64,000 bases of DNA from a virus (IMGVR_UViG_3300033993_001993); one strand, 5' to 3'; positions 27,975 to 37,773 are shown, counted from the first letter of the stretch. Notes: generated from the letters alone by a model not told the origin. Numbers and translations: made by a program.

Positions 27975-28703
27975 TTAATTTAGATATTTCCAAATAAAAC
28001 CTCCAGATGTTTTTTGTCTATTTGATAGGCAATCTTTAATTCCTTTTATATTTGTTTTTCTCATTGCCTCGCTTATACTTGGAAAAATTTGGATAATCTC
28101 ATTAGTTAATTTGTCAATTTGTATAATTTCCTTTTTTGGTGTTCCAGCATTTGCGGGTCTATTTTTGTAAAAAAAACTTTTTTCACCAGAAATATCTGGA
28201 CGTTTTTTACCTTTTTTAGATTCAGAAATTTTAGGTTGTTTTTTTCCTGTTTTATTCTTTATTATTTTTTCCCTAACCCCCTCAATATTGTTTGGGTTGT
28301 TTGTTAACATTCTTTGTCTTAACTTTTCCTTGTACTCATCACTATGTATTTTTTTACCTAACATGGATGTTTTTATTTTATTTTTAGTTTCTTCAGATAA
28401 ATAACCACTTTTAGTGTCTGTTTTGGTTTTTATTAAATTCAACCCTTCCTCTAAAACGTTATAGTAATCTTGCCAATACCTCTCTCGATCATTCAAGTTT
28501 TCCAACAAACATTCTTCAATAATTTCAAATTTGTGACTATCAATACCATATTTTTTTAGTGAATTCAGTAATTTTGTTTGAGATGGGCAATTTAATTTAA
28601 TATATTTTTTAAACCTTTCTTCAATATTAACACTTTGTCCAATATAGACTTTATTTTTTGGGTTGGTAATTTTGTATATTCCTATCATACCCATAAATAT
28701 CAC
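27975..28703 (-). CDS. GIY-YIG homing endonuclease with a C-terminal NUMOD-like DNA-binding motif
   Basis: GIYKITNPKNKVYIGQSVNIEERFKKY (GIY...YIG...R...E...N); C-terminal SISEAMRKTNIKGIKDCLSNRQKTSGGFIWKY resembles Seg/I-TevI-type DNA-binding modules. Confidence 0.85.
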   Translation of the reverse strand: MIFMGMIGIYKITNPKNKVYIGQSVNIEERFKKYIKLNCPSQTKLLNSLKKYGIDSHKFEIIEECLLENLNDRERYWQDYYNVLEEGLNLIKTKTDTKSGYLSEETKNKIKTSMLGKKIHSDEYKEKLRQRMLTNNPNNIEGVREKIIKNKTGKKQPKISESKKGKKRPDISGEKSFFYKNRPANAGTPKKEIIQIDKLTNEIIQIFPSISEAMRKTNIKGIKDCLSNRQKTSGGFIWKYLN

Positions 28704-29308
28704 GAAAGAACGTTTGGTAAATAAAGTAGTGTCGGATTCTTTTTTTGAATACTAATTTCCGGATATTTTTCAGAAAAGGTTTTAACATCAAATCTAGCAG
28801 TTATTAAATGGTATCCATTTTTAGTTGGGATTACCATTTCAACCTTTGGACCTTCAGGTCTGAGGCTGGTTATAAATTGTGTCACTTCAGTAACAGCGTG
28901 ATAATCGGTCGTATCGATATCGACAATCCAGCGTTTCTCTTGTGTTTTAACTTGTCCCACAACAGAATCAAATAAACCTTGTTGTTTATGATTACCGTCT
29001 TGTATTCTTTTAGCAAGATCAACCATCATATTCAATGACACGTCCGTATGATTTTGTTTTTGGACGTGGATATAAGCACGAGCCTTAAACATCTCACAAA
29101 GTTGTTTAATCTCATCGTATCTACGATCCAAATGTTCAATGGACTCAATACAATATGATTTAATTGTTCTAACTGACTGGTGATTATCTCTTTCCCCCTC
29201 AGGTTGGTCCTTCTTACGTTTAAGAACGTAAAGCATATAAAAGTCACCCTTATTTTCGAAGTTGAGTAATTTTTTTATTTGTTCTATATTATCAATCTTG
29301 TTCGTCAT
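28700..29308 (-). CDS. Hypothetical protein
   Basis: 202-aa ORF. Confidence 0.3.
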   Translation of the reverse strand: MTNKIDNIEQIKKLLNFENKGDFYMLYVLKRKKDQPEGERDNHQSVRTIKSYCIESIEHLDRRYDEIKQLCEMFKARAYIHVQKQNHTDVSLNMMVDLAKRIQDGNHKQQGLFDSVVGQVKTQEKRWIVDIDTTDYHAVTEVTQFITSLRPEGPKVEMVIPTKNGYHLITARFDVKTFSEKYPEISIQKKNPTLLYLPNVLS

Positions 29309-29732
29309 CTTTGTGTTTATCTAAAAAGTATCTCTCAAAGGTTGTTATGTTAGGAAGTCCAACTTCCGATATTCTATCCAACACATCGTCAATACTTAAA
29401 TTTTCAACTAAATATTTATCTAACTTTTCAATCAGCGTAATAGGTAATAAATCAATATTTTCTAAAAGTAAGTGAGTTTCATCTTCCACCTCAAACGGAA
29501 CATTGTATTTAACTAATACCTCATCGATTTTATTTTTTAACTTATCATCAAGAAAAAAACAATCCCAAGAATCAGTGTCTGTTCCACCAGTGTCATTAAC
29601 ACCTTTCAAGGTTAACTGAATCGCCCATTTGGATTCTTGATCATTCATTTTATCCCATATCATTACTCCTAATTCATCTGAAGAAAAGGGGTATGCGTAT
29701 TTTATAATCTTGTATTTTGATAAATCAATCAT
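29292..29732 (-). CDS. Hypothetical acidic protein
   Basis: 146-aa ORF. Confidence 0.3.
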   Translation of the reverse strand: MIDLSKYKIIKYAYPFSSDELGVMIWDKMNDQESKWAIQLTLKGVNDTGGTDTDSWDCFFLDDKLKNKIDEVLVKYNVPFEVEDETHLLLENIDLLPITLIEKLDKYLVENLSIDDVLDRISEVGLPNITTFERYFLDKHKDDEQD

Positions 29733-29735
29733 TCT

Positions 29736-29987
29736 TTATATTGTTTCGTGATCAACGGAGGTGATTTTTGCCTGATAGTTTTTTAACAACATTTCTTTTG
29801 TTTCACAATACTCACCCTTAACTATTAAAGAAAAAACCACCTCAATGTCTTCTTTTATAAACTTTTGGGTCAATGGATTATTCGCCCACACTAAAGTTTG
29901 TGGGCACAATGGGTAAAGTACAATATGTCCGTCATTATCATACTTAACAAACCATTCACCAAGTGATTTTACTAGTTTACCATTCAT
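29736..29987 (-). CDS. Hypothetical small protein
   Basis: 83-aa ORF. Confidence 0.25.
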   Translation of the reverse strand: MNGKLVKSLGEWFVKYDNDGHIVLYPLCPQTLVWANNPLTQKFIKEDIEVVFSLIVKGEYCETKEMLLKNYQAKITSVDHETI

Positions 29988-30000
29988 TCCGCAAGTTTTA

Positions 30001-30225
30001 TCAATTTATCAATTTATCACGTTTAATAGTTAATGTAAGATCCAATGAAGATCTTATACCCCACATTAATCTAGTATCAACTTTGTTACGAGACATTTGT
30101 TTACCAAAATTAACTATTAACATTTTAGCTGCTAATGTTTGTTGATATGTCTCACAAGAATCAATTACCTTTTCAATCCATTTTACAACGTCTCCGTAAT
30201 GTCTACTTCTATTTTCCATAATCAA
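30001..30225 (-). CDS. Hypothetical small protein
   Basis: 74-aa ORF. Confidence 0.25.
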   Translation of the reverse strand: MIMENRSRHYGDVVKWIEKVIDSCETYQQTLAAKMLIVNFGKQMSRNKVDTRLMWGIRSSLDLTLTIKRDKLIN

Positions 30226-30776
30226 TCATTAAATAAGTTTTCTAAATAATTACACATTTCACCAAGGGGATGTGCTTGCCCTTCAACAAAACCTAAGCTA
30301 GTCAAGAAGTTATCACTTTCTTTCTTATACATCTCAAACATACGACTACCTGTCATCTTTGAGTATTGTACGTTCGCAATACGATCACACAACTTAACGA
30401 ACACCGCACCTGGCGTATTTCTAATACCTTCGTAGTATTTGTCGTTTGCTCGTTCTTTACGGTTCTTACCTTTCTCGTTGGTAACTGCGTAAATGATGTC
30501 GGCAGCATCTTGACCCAAATGATTCTTCACATCATTGTATGAAACACGAGTGTCCTCAATTAGGTCGTGACCCCAAGTTGCAATAAGTACTGATCCTCTA
30601 AATGAAGTTTCCCCATCATTTCTATCCGGCACAAAATTAATAAATTCCTGTGCAACATTTGAAACCATTCTCAAGTGAAATTCATACGGAAGATACGTAT
30701 CATATTGATGATTCGTACTTTTGTGTTGTTCTAAAATCCAATCTATCTTACTCATATCACAAATATAATAAAACAT
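30222..30776 (-). CDS. HD-domain phosphohydrolase (small alarmone hydrolase / YfbR-like)
   Basis: ATWGHDLIEDT...D block equals the HD motif as in (p)ppGpp hydrolase HD domains (HDVVEDT). Confidence 0.5.
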   Translation of the reverse strand: MFYYICDMSKIDWILEQHKSTNHQYDTYLPYEFHLRMVSNVAQEFINFVPDRNDGETSFRGSVLIATWGHDLIEDTRVSYNDVKNHLGQDAADIIYAVTNEKGKNRKERANDKYYEGIRNTPGAVFVKLCDRIANVQYSKMTGSRMFEMYKKESDNFLTSLGFVEGQAHPLGEMCNYLENLFND

Positions 30777-30783
30777 TTTTAAA

Positions 30784-30810
30784 TAAAAAACCCACCTTAT
30801 TGGGGTGGGT
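30784..30810 (-). terminator. Rho-independent terminator (ACCCACC-ttattgg-GGTGGGT + T-run on the minus strand)
   Basis: 7-bp stem followed by a T6 tract downstream of gene 30865..31200; same hairpin sequence as at 31262. Confidence 0.6.
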
Positions 30811-30864
30811 ATTAATATTATATAATATTGGTTAAATCAGATTCGGTTAGTTTGATAATTTTCA

Positions 30865-31200
30865 TTAGATCAATCCTTTTATTTCACTTTTTACTTTACC
30901 AAGTTCATTAAATTTAAATTCTTTACCAAATTTACTACCAACCTTTTTAACGGTTATTCCATCTTTTCGGAACATAACTTGTCCAACGTGTTTTCCATCA
31001 CAATGAATTTCAAAATCGTTACCAACTTGTTTTACTTTACAATCGTGTGATTTAATAAAGTTTTTAATTGTTTCTTGAAATCTATCGAGTTTAACGTCAA
31101 CATCCTTTTCCTTAACTCCTTTATCTGTTTTACCTTCTTGGATAACTCTTTGTACGATTCTAATTAAATCGGATTCTGTAAGTTTTACAATCTTTTTCAT
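30865..31200 (-). CDS. Hypothetical Lys-rich protein, N-terminal MKKIVKLTESDL family
   Basis: 111-aa ORF flanked by two copies of the same terminator hairpin. Confidence 0.35.
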   Translation of the reverse strand: MKKIVKLTESDLIRIVQRVIQEGKTDKGVKEKDVDVKLDRFQETIKNFIKSHDCKVKQVGNDFEIHCDGKHVGQVMFRKDGITVKKVGSKFGKEFKFNELGKVKSEIKGLI

Positions 31201-31255
31201 AATGATAAATATATGTTAACTACCATATATTCTCCATTATATGAGAATTAACATA

Positions 31256-31288
31256 TAAAAAAACCCCACCTTATTGGGGTGGGGTTGG
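31256..31288 (-). terminator. Rho-independent terminator, second copy of the CCCACCTTATTGGGGTGGG hairpin
   Basis: AACCCCACC-ttattg-GGTGGGGTT stem with a T6 run on the minus strand after gene 31294..31515. Confidence 0.6.
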
Positions 31289-31293
31289 TTTAA

Positions 31294-31515
31294 TTATTTA
31301 ACAATAATCATATTTGTATTTGAGATTGGTAATCTCATCACGGGGATTACACCTAAGGATTCTGTATCCATTTTCTGCATTACCTCGTAAAAACCTAACT
31401 CAGAACATTTAACGGTTGGGACATTATCAAAAGATTCCACAACATCTCCTGTGTGTCTATAATTACTTAGTACTTTAACCGTTTTTAAGGTTGTATTAAA
31501 AATTAATGTTTGCAT
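31294..31515 (-). CDS. Hypothetical small protein
   Basis: 73-aa ORF. Confidence 0.25.
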   Translation of the reverse strand: MQTLIFNTTLKTVKVLSNYRHTGDVVESFDNVPTVKCSELGFYEVMQKMDTESLGVIPVMRLPISNTNMIIVK

Positions 31516-31516
31516 A

Positions 31517-32470
31517 TTATTTTTTATTTAAGTTTAAAAACATTCCACTATTACCTGCCATTGTTGTTGGCAATTTCCCGTCCCAAGCTTGTGCTTTCAA
31601 ATACTCAATATACATTGGTGTAATTTGATTTTGTTTAATCTTAATTGCTTGTGCCGCGGCGTAAGCGTTAATGATTAATTCCGCAGAGTCAGCTCTAGCT
31701 ACAGCAACTTTACGTTTACCTTCAGCAATCGCAGTTAATGCTTGTTGTTCCGATGCTTCCGCTTGTTGGATCGCCTTTGTTTTAGCGATAATTGATTCTT
31801 GTAATGCTTCAGGTGGTGTGATGTTTGTACGTAATTGTGATACGTTGAACCATTTAGATAATCGAACGTTACATTCAGCGACGATAGATGCTTCAAATGC
31901 TTGTCTGTGTCCAAAGATACTATCAACCTCCCAAGTGTTTGCCACGTCATTCACCGCTCCGATAATTGCGTTTTTCAACCATCCTTGCTCTACTTGTTTC
32001 ACATCCAATCGTAAATTCACGAACATATCCCCAATATTTGCCTCTTTCAAAGAGTAGTTAAATGTTGGTTTAATGGTTGCAGGGAATCCACCTTTTGTGA
32101 TTACTTGTTGGTCATCATACTCAATGTGTTGTTGGAACGTTGGGAACTCTAACATCTGTTCTGTCCAAGTATTATAAACTACCCACCCTGTTTTGTATTG
32201 GTAATTTGTAACACCACGTTGAGATCCTACCAAACTAACTTTTAAACCTTTGTATCCACTATCTACTTTTTCAAGGGCAAATGGTTGAACCATCGATAAA
32301 ATTAAACCTAAAACGAAAACACCAATAGGCTTGATTAACCAACTCGCTTGAAATGTCTCTCTGGTATCATTCCATCGATCTGTTTCAACTTTAAACATAC
32401 TTCCTCGTGTTTTTAATGCGATGAGGATTGCCGCAATTAAACCTGTAATAAAAATTAATGTACTAATCAT
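31517..32470 (-). CDS. Membrane-anchored SPFH/band-7 (prohibitin-like) domain protein
   Basis: Two N-terminal TM segments, then a domain with Ala/Gln/Glu-rich helices (AIQQAEASEQQALTAIAEGKRKVAVARADSAE) typical of HflK/C and stomatin. Confidence 0.45.
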   Translation of the reverse strand: MISTLIFITGLIAAILIALKTRGSMFKVETDRWNDTRETFQASWLIKPIGVFVLGLILSMVQPFALEKVDSGYKGLKVSLVGSQRGVTNYQYKTGWVVYNTWTEQMLEFPTFQQHIEYDDQQVITKGGFPATIKPTFNYSLKEANIGDMFVNLRLDVKQVEQGWLKNAIIGAVNDVANTWEVDSIFGHRQAFEASIVAECNVRLSKWFNVSQLRTNITPPEALQESIIAKTKAIQQAEASEQQALTAIAEGKRKVAVARADSAELIINAYAAAQAIKIKQNQITPMYIEYLKAQAWDGKLPTTMAGNSGMFLNLNKK

Positions 32471-32681
32471 CTTTTTTTTCTTTTAAATTGTTATAAATAA
32501 ATTTGTAAATGAGTTTAAACATATAATATGTGCTAACCAAAACTCCTAATGTCGACACAATTTGTAATTCGATCGATACTTCCCTACTTAAGATAAACTC
32601 AGTGTATAAGTTTACAACGTAAAGATGTATTATAACTAGTATGGTGACTCCCCACCCTCCTAATTTAATTTTATTAAACAT
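32463..32681 (-). CDS. Small membrane protein
   Basis: 72 aa with two hydrophobic segments. Confidence 0.3.
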   Translation of the reverse strand: MFNKIKLGGWGVTILVIIHLYVVNLYTEFILSREVSIELQIVSTLGVLVSTYYMFKLIYKFIYNNLKEKKDD

Positions 32682-32771
32682 ACTACTTCATATTTTATTT
32701 ATTGGTTATTACTTGTGAGATACAAATTTAATCATTTTTTCAATTACTATCAAATGGAATTTGTTCTAATT

Positions 32772-33353
32772 TTAATCCCACCATTGAGCCAGCCTTTCCT
32801 CCAAAACTCGGAAAAGAAGTTTATTTGCTTTATTATGGTTATGGTAAGACACCAATAAACATAAACGTTTTTTATCAACTTGTTCTCCATTCTTTTTGAT
32901 AACATCACGAACTGAAGAAGGATACTTATTTAAGTATTCATCAAATCTTTCACCCGTTATTTCAATCTCAATAGATTTTAGATCTGGTTTATTTGGTACA
33001 TCTTCAAAACTAATATTAGTGTCCCAATAATCCATACATTCTAATTGATAATGTTCTTCCATAACTCTTTCAAGTAAGTTAAGAGCCAAAGTCATATAAC
33101 GATTATCTCTATCAATATCCATATGTCTATTGGCATTGACAAGTTCCTTTCTTTGGAACTCGATTTTCTTTTGTAATATTTTTAGGATAAAGTTACCGTC
33201 CCAATCTCTATCGTGGTAAATAGTTGGCATCCATTTAAAAATGTTTTTTACACCGGTAAGAAAGTATTTTATTCTCCAATGTAATCTACTAAATAAAGTA
33301 TTTCTACTCCAAGCAGAATCTTCAGGTATCGGTAATTGTTTATATGTTTTCAT
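32772..33353 (-). CDS. Hypothetical protein
   Basis: 193-aa ORF. Confidence 0.3.
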   Translation of the reverse strand: MKTYKQLPIPEDSAWSRNTLFSRLHWRIKYFLTGVKNIFKWMPTIYHDRDWDGNFILKILQKKIEFQRKELVNANRHMDIDRDNRYMTLALNLLERVMEEHYQLECMDYWDTNISFEDVPNKPDLKSIEIEITGERFDEYLNKYPSSVRDVIKKNGEQVDKKRLCLLVSYHNHNKANKLLFRVLEERLAQWWD

Positions 33354-33583
33354 TTATTTAATTTAAAAATTTTAAATGGAGGTTTAATTCTTACTTCACT
33401 CCCATCACTATTAAAATAATATGCAGTGTCCCCATCAAACGATATGGTATCGGTATACCAAATGGCATCGTGCATTGGGTTTATACCTGAGGTTGGGACA
33501 TAGACCTTTCCTCTGATTTCGTATTTGTATTTTTTACCAGCACAAGATACCAATAAAAGAGAAATAAAAAGTAATTTTTTCAT
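33350..33583 (-). CDS. Small lipoprotein
   Basis: MKKLLFISLLLVSCAGKK. Confidence 0.35.
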   Translation of the reverse strand: MKKLLFISLLLVSCAGKKYKYEIRGKVYVPTSGINPMHDAIWYTDTISFDGDTAYYFNSDGSEVRIKPPFKIFKLNK

Positions 33584-33597
33584 ATTATGTTTTTTTA

Positions 33598-35445
33598 TTA
33601 TGGTAATAGATCGTCACCGGCTAACCAATCATCGTATCTTACAGGTTCAATTTCATTATATTCCGGCAACGGATATTCAAAAAGGGGGTCATAATAGGGT
33701 GAAAATTCAGTAGTGGTAACGTCCCAACTTGGTGTCATTCTAATCAGTCTACCCCTTTCACCAACTAAATTGGCTTCATTAAACACCGCCTGTTGTTCAA
33801 TCTCTTTACCATTACGATATTTTTTAATCATTTTTGGTAATTTAAGAGTTCCCAATTTATACAATAAATTAATATTCACCAATTGGATTCTTGCGACGTG
33901 TGAGAATGTTAAAGAAGGTTCATTATTAAATCTTGCTCGTTCTTGGACGTTTATTAATTCATTATTTCTGTATTGATATTCCACCGTAATTCTATCATCA
34001 CCATCGACGGATCCCTTTCTTATTGAGAATATTAAACATTCAGGTCTTTCAGTGTAAGTTCTCACGCAGTTTCTTTGGTGTTGGGACTCTTTTTCGTAAT
34101 CATTTGTTTTACGGAGTAACACCGGATAATATGTTTCATTTTCATACTCAATTGGGGTTTCTAACGAATCAACATCACCATAGAATCTTTCAACCTCACC
34201 TTTTTTATATGAATCAATTAATCGACTGAATTCCTCGTGTTCCTCATTAAATTCCGCTTCAGAGTTAAATTTAAATCTTACTTTTTCACCCAATTTCTCA
34301 AGTTCACTCTTAAATGCTATGTGTTCATATAGGGTATCAAAATGTCTATCATCCCACAGAAAACCTATTTTAACAATTCTCTCTTTTTCTTTTTTTGTTA
34401 AAACATTTCCCAATACATTAATAAGATTTTTTTGTTGTTCCTTTGAGGTTGAGTACCAATATCTACCACATCTTTCTTCATCATAGTGAACAGAAACCGG
34501 CACCTCTTCATCGTAATTAGGAACCGGAATTAGATCTTCTATGTTTTGATTTGGGTATGATCTACCCACTCTATATCGTTCATCAAATAATTCATCCGGA
34601 AGTTGGTTAAAACTATCGATCCCTAACATAGTATACATCATAAACATTCTATCGAAAGCAACCCATTCAATCTCGTTGAGGATCTTTTTAACTTTGGATC
34701 CTTTGAGATTCATCTTACTCATCATCGCATCAACAAGATTCATATTGTGTTTACGCAATTCAACCCTTGAGAAAAATGTTCCTCCGAACTTCTTCCAATT
34801 ATTAGGTACTTTAACACCATTTACCAAATAGGTGGTTAGGGTATAGAAATTTCTAATATTATCAGTTTTAAAGTCTTGGGCATTAGTTATACCCAATCTA
34901 TCCCAAATTTTTTCAAAAAAACTAAAGAAGTAAAAGTCAGGTTTAATATCTTTATCAATACCTAAACTACTATACAATCCATAAATTGCCTCATTAGTAG
35001 GGTTTATTTTCATAGTTCTACTAATAATTTTTTTCTGTTTGGTAGAAAAGACCCCCGAATAAAATAATTTTGTTTTGAAGTTGAATGTGAGGTACCTTGT
35101 TGTTTTTCTTACCCTAAAGTATTTTTTCCCAACTCTTCTGTCTCTAGTTTGGTATTGATACTTAATAGAGATTTTATTTTCACACTCCTCAATAAAAACT
35201 CTTTGTCTTTCAAAATGAACCGCAGAAAGTACATTACCATAATGTTTAATAAAGTCCTCCTCAGTTAACAATAATGAGTCAGAATAAAACCTTTCTTTAT
35301 TATCAGATAAGGCGTAATCGTCAGTGTTATATGTTCTAACGCCCGATAAATTTTTATTAACAGGACAATAGTTGAGGAAAGTCTTTATTCTATACGACTT
35401 CTTCTCAACAAACTTACTGAATGTTTTACCTTCAACTACTAACAT
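33598..35445 (-). CDS. Large hypothetical protein (615 aa)
   Basis: Long uninterrupted ORF; no family recognised by eye. Confidence 0.4.
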   Translation of the reverse strand: MLVVEGKTFSKFVEKKSYRIKTFLNYCPVNKNLSGVRTYNTDDYALSDNKERFYSDSLLLTEEDFIKHYGNVLSAVHFERQRVFIEECENKISIKYQYQTRDRRVGKKYFRVRKTTRYLTFNFKTKLFYSGVFSTKQKKIISRTMKINPTNEAIYGLYSSLGIDKDIKPDFYFFSFFEKIWDRLGITNAQDFKTDNIRNFYTLTTYLVNGVKVPNNWKKFGGTFFSRVELRKHNMNLVDAMMSKMNLKGSKVKKILNEIEWVAFDRMFMMYTMLGIDSFNQLPDELFDERYRVGRSYPNQNIEDLIPVPNYDEEVPVSVHYDEERCGRYWYSTSKEQQKNLINVLGNVLTKKEKERIVKIGFLWDDRHFDTLYEHIAFKSELEKLGEKVRFKFNSEAEFNEEHEEFSRLIDSYKKGEVERFYGDVDSLETPIEYENETYYPVLLRKTNDYEKESQHQRNCVRTYTERPECLIFSIRKGSVDGDDRITVEYQYRNNELINVQERARFNNEPSLTFSHVARIQLVNINLLYKLGTLKLPKMIKKYRNGKEIEQQAVFNEANLVGERGRLIRMTPSWDVTTTEFSPYYDPLFEYPLPEYNEIEPVRYDDWLAGDDLLP

Positions 35446-35462
35446 ACCACAAAAATAAAAAA

Positions 35463-35489
35463 ATCCCCCAACTTAATCAAATCGGGGGA
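35463..35489 (-). terminator. Stem-loop (ATCCCCC...GGGGGAT) with a T-run on the minus strand
   Basis: 7-bp stem with a large loop; a T7 run follows on the minus strand. Confidence 0.35.
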
Positions 35490-35576
35490 TACATTTTTTC
35501 TAAAATCTTATTCATTTTGTTTTAATACTAAGACACCTTGTCTATGTAAGTGTCCTAGTATAATCCAATAAATTAT

Positions 35577-35870
35577 TTAAAGTGGTAAATCTTTGTCTTC
35601 CTTATTCTTATCTCTGAGATCTTGGATGTATTGGATCGTTATCCCATTTGCAATTAATTCTTGTCTGTTATTCCAAATCTTGAATAACGCAAACATCAAA
35701 GGACCATAAACCATAAACACAAATGAAATGTAATCTAACATTAATAAAATAACCTCAACAATAACAAACAAACTCATTATTAAGTTTAGATTTAGAAGGA
35801 CAATATTCTTTTCCAATATTTCAATAATCATTTGATTATATTCGTATTCGGTTATATTTTCATCATTCAT
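35577..35870 (-). CDS. Membrane protein
   Basis: Hydrophobic segments (IMSLFVIVEVILLMLDYISFVFMVYGPLMFALF); start placed at an internal Met to limit overlap. Confidence 0.3.
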   Translation of the reverse strand: MNDENITEYEYNQMIIEILEKNIVLLNLNLIMSLFVIVEVILLMLDYISFVFMVYGPLMFALFKIWNNRQELIANGITIQYIQDLRDKNKEDKDLPL

Positions 35871-36501
35871 TTTCTGTATCATAGAACATCCTATCGCTAT
35901 CCTCAGTATGCCACTTATCAAACCCCTCACAATTATAATAATCCTTGTTTACCAAATAGTCAGGTTTTTCGGGGAATGGTTTGGTTACAAAACTTGGTTC
36001 AGACCATTTTATTCTATTATTTGGTTGTAACGCAATTTGTCCGTTATCAAGTAAAATAATATGATGACTCTTATGTTCTAATGGATCTTCAGCCAATGAT
36101 AGGTCCGTATTCATATCGTTTGAACCCCAGTTGATTGTACCATAATAACTTCCTGAATAAAACTTCTTATCTTTCATAAAGACCTCAACTTTTGTATCGT
36201 ATAGGTACGATAAATGTAACAAGGTGAAGTTATATGAGAAACAATTCCAAATCTGTAAGTAGTGGAATGGTAAATCATCTTTAGGGATCTCAGGTTCGTG
36301 TAATAGAGCGTGACTTGGTAATTTATCCCTTAGTACCCCATTTTCTAACAACACTTGGAATAAAGCCGCTTGACCTGGCATACACCTAACAGATATAATA
36401 ACACCTGGTGTTAGATCACCCTGACCTTTCTTATGTTGATACATATATTCGTTTCGAACCCACACCTTAAGTGGGAAAAAATTGTGCTCTATATAAGCCA
36501 T
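35863..36501 (-). CDS. Hypothetical protein
   Basis: 212-aa ORF. Confidence 0.3.
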   Translation of the reverse strand: MAYIEHNFFPLKVWVRNEYMYQHKKGQGDLTPGVIISVRCMPGQAALFQVLLENGVLRDKLPSHALLHEPEIPKDDLPFHYLQIWNCFSYNFTLLHLSYLYDTKVEVFMKDKKFYSGSYYGTINWGSNDMNTDLSLAEDPLEHKSHHIILLDNGQIALQPNNRIKWSEPSFVTKPFPEKPDYLVNKDYYNCEGFDKWHTEDSDRMFYDTENE

Positions 36502-36806
36502 TATAAACTATATTTATAAACTCCATCTTCTAAAGTCACATCCATCAAACCTTCGTTTTCAAGAATTTTTTCAATTTGTTCTGAAGTAAATTTTATGTGT
36601 TCAGGTTCCATAAAGATCTTAAACGATTTTGTTGAAGATAATTTAGACTGCGTTAATAAATTTAAGACCGTCTCATTCTCGCATTCAACAATTGATGGGT
36701 ATTGCCCATTTACCGTAACAATTGCTTTATCCCCTATCTCAATATCATTTAATGATACGACATATGGTTTTTCTTCAATCATTATTAATTTAACTTTCTG
36801 TGTCAT
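36501..36806 (-). CDS. Hypothetical protein
   Basis: 101-aa ORF. Confidence 0.3.
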   Translation of the reverse strand: MTQKVKLIMIEEKPYVVSLNDIEIGDKAIVTVNGQYPSIVECENETVLNLLTQSKLSSTKSFKIFMEPEHIKFTSEQIEKILENEGLMDVTLEDGVYKYSL

Positions 36807-37110
36807 TTTCTTTTTTTATATAAGTATGATTATGATTCCAATTTCCGCACTGATCACAAGGTTCGTAGTCCCTTGAATTTTCAGTATCGTATTCGAACTC
36901 ATCCCCTTTATCGATAATTATGTTGGCAATATCAGTCCAATCATTCATACCTAGTTTATGTTTTAAGGATTTTAATTTATCCAATAATTTGTCTTGTAGG
37001 TCACTAATCATTTCAGGATTTCTATTGTCATATTCGTGGATGAATAAAGATTCATCATCCACATATACATCAACACCAAAACAATTTTCACTTAATGTTA
37101 TTTTTTTCAC
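36790..37110 (-). CDS. Hypothetical protein with a C-terminal CxxC
   Basis: 106-aa ORF; the MKKITLSEN N-terminus is weakly family-like. Confidence 0.3.
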   Translation of the reverse strand: MKKITLSENCFGVDVYVDDESLFIHEYDNRNPEMISDLQDKLLDKLKSLKHKLGMNDWTDIANIIIDKGDEFEYDTENSRDYEPCDQCGNWNHNHTYIKKENDTES

Positions 37111-37430
37111 AACCCAAATTTATACGTTACATTTATATCTTCGATATACCTCTTAAGGTTAACTATAGATTTCTCAAAATCAACTCTTGGTGTCTCACCA
37201 AATCTTACGGATTCTTCTTCATCTTTAATTAACTGACGACAACTAGAATATATTTCTTTTACAATATTATGTAAGATCTCTTCCTTATCGTATTGTTTAT
37301 TTATTTTAACATCCAAAACATCACCTTCCAATTCTCGACAATACTCTATTAACTCCATTACTTCTGGTTCGTCCATCAGATGTTTATTATTCTTGAATAT
37401 TTGATTTATGTTCTTCATAGTGTTTATCAC
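37107..37430 (-). CDS. Hypothetical protein
   Basis: 107-aa ORF. Confidence 0.3.
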   Translation of the reverse strand: MINTMKNINQIFKNNKHLMDEPEVMELIEYCRELEGDVLDVKINKQYDKEEILHNIVKEIYSSCRQLIKDEEESVRFGETPRVDFEKSIVNLKRYIEDINVTYKFGL

Positions 37431-37773
37431 ATAATGTTGTATGCCAACCTATATTTGTTCTTAATTCTCCCTTTTCTCCACAGGTCTCACAAGTTTCATA
37501 ACTTAGTTTCTCCGCAACCCATATTCTTTTATGAACATCATTTGATGCCGAATTAATATAAAATCTTAATCCACCAAACTTTTCCTTCACCTGACAAGTT
37601 TGTTTATCCCACCCTAATTCTATTAGATCGGTTATAAGGTCCTTAATTAAAGGATACCATCCATCACCAACACTAAAGAATCTGGAGTCCTTAATTGGTT
37701 CCCTATCAGTATAATATCCGTTTTCCAACCCCCCAATGGATTCCAAAAACTCATTCATTTCTTTATCTGTCAT
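37387..37773 (-). CDS. Hypothetical protein with a CxxC...C...H zinc-binding-like C-terminus
   Basis: CETCGEKGELRTNIGWHTTLCDKH. Confidence 0.3.
   Translation of the reverse strand: MTDKEMNEFLESIGGLENGYYTDREPIKDSRFFSVGDGWYPLIKDLITDLIELGWDKQTCQVKEKFGGLRFYINSASNDVHKRIWVAEKLSYETCETCGEKGELRTNIGWHTTLCDKHYEEHKSNIQE

Noticed and set aside
29991-30020. Short tandem duplication TCAATTTAT x2 at the 29736..29987 / 30001..30225 junction.
   Set aside because: Only two copies of a 9-mer in an AT-rich background; no evidence of function.
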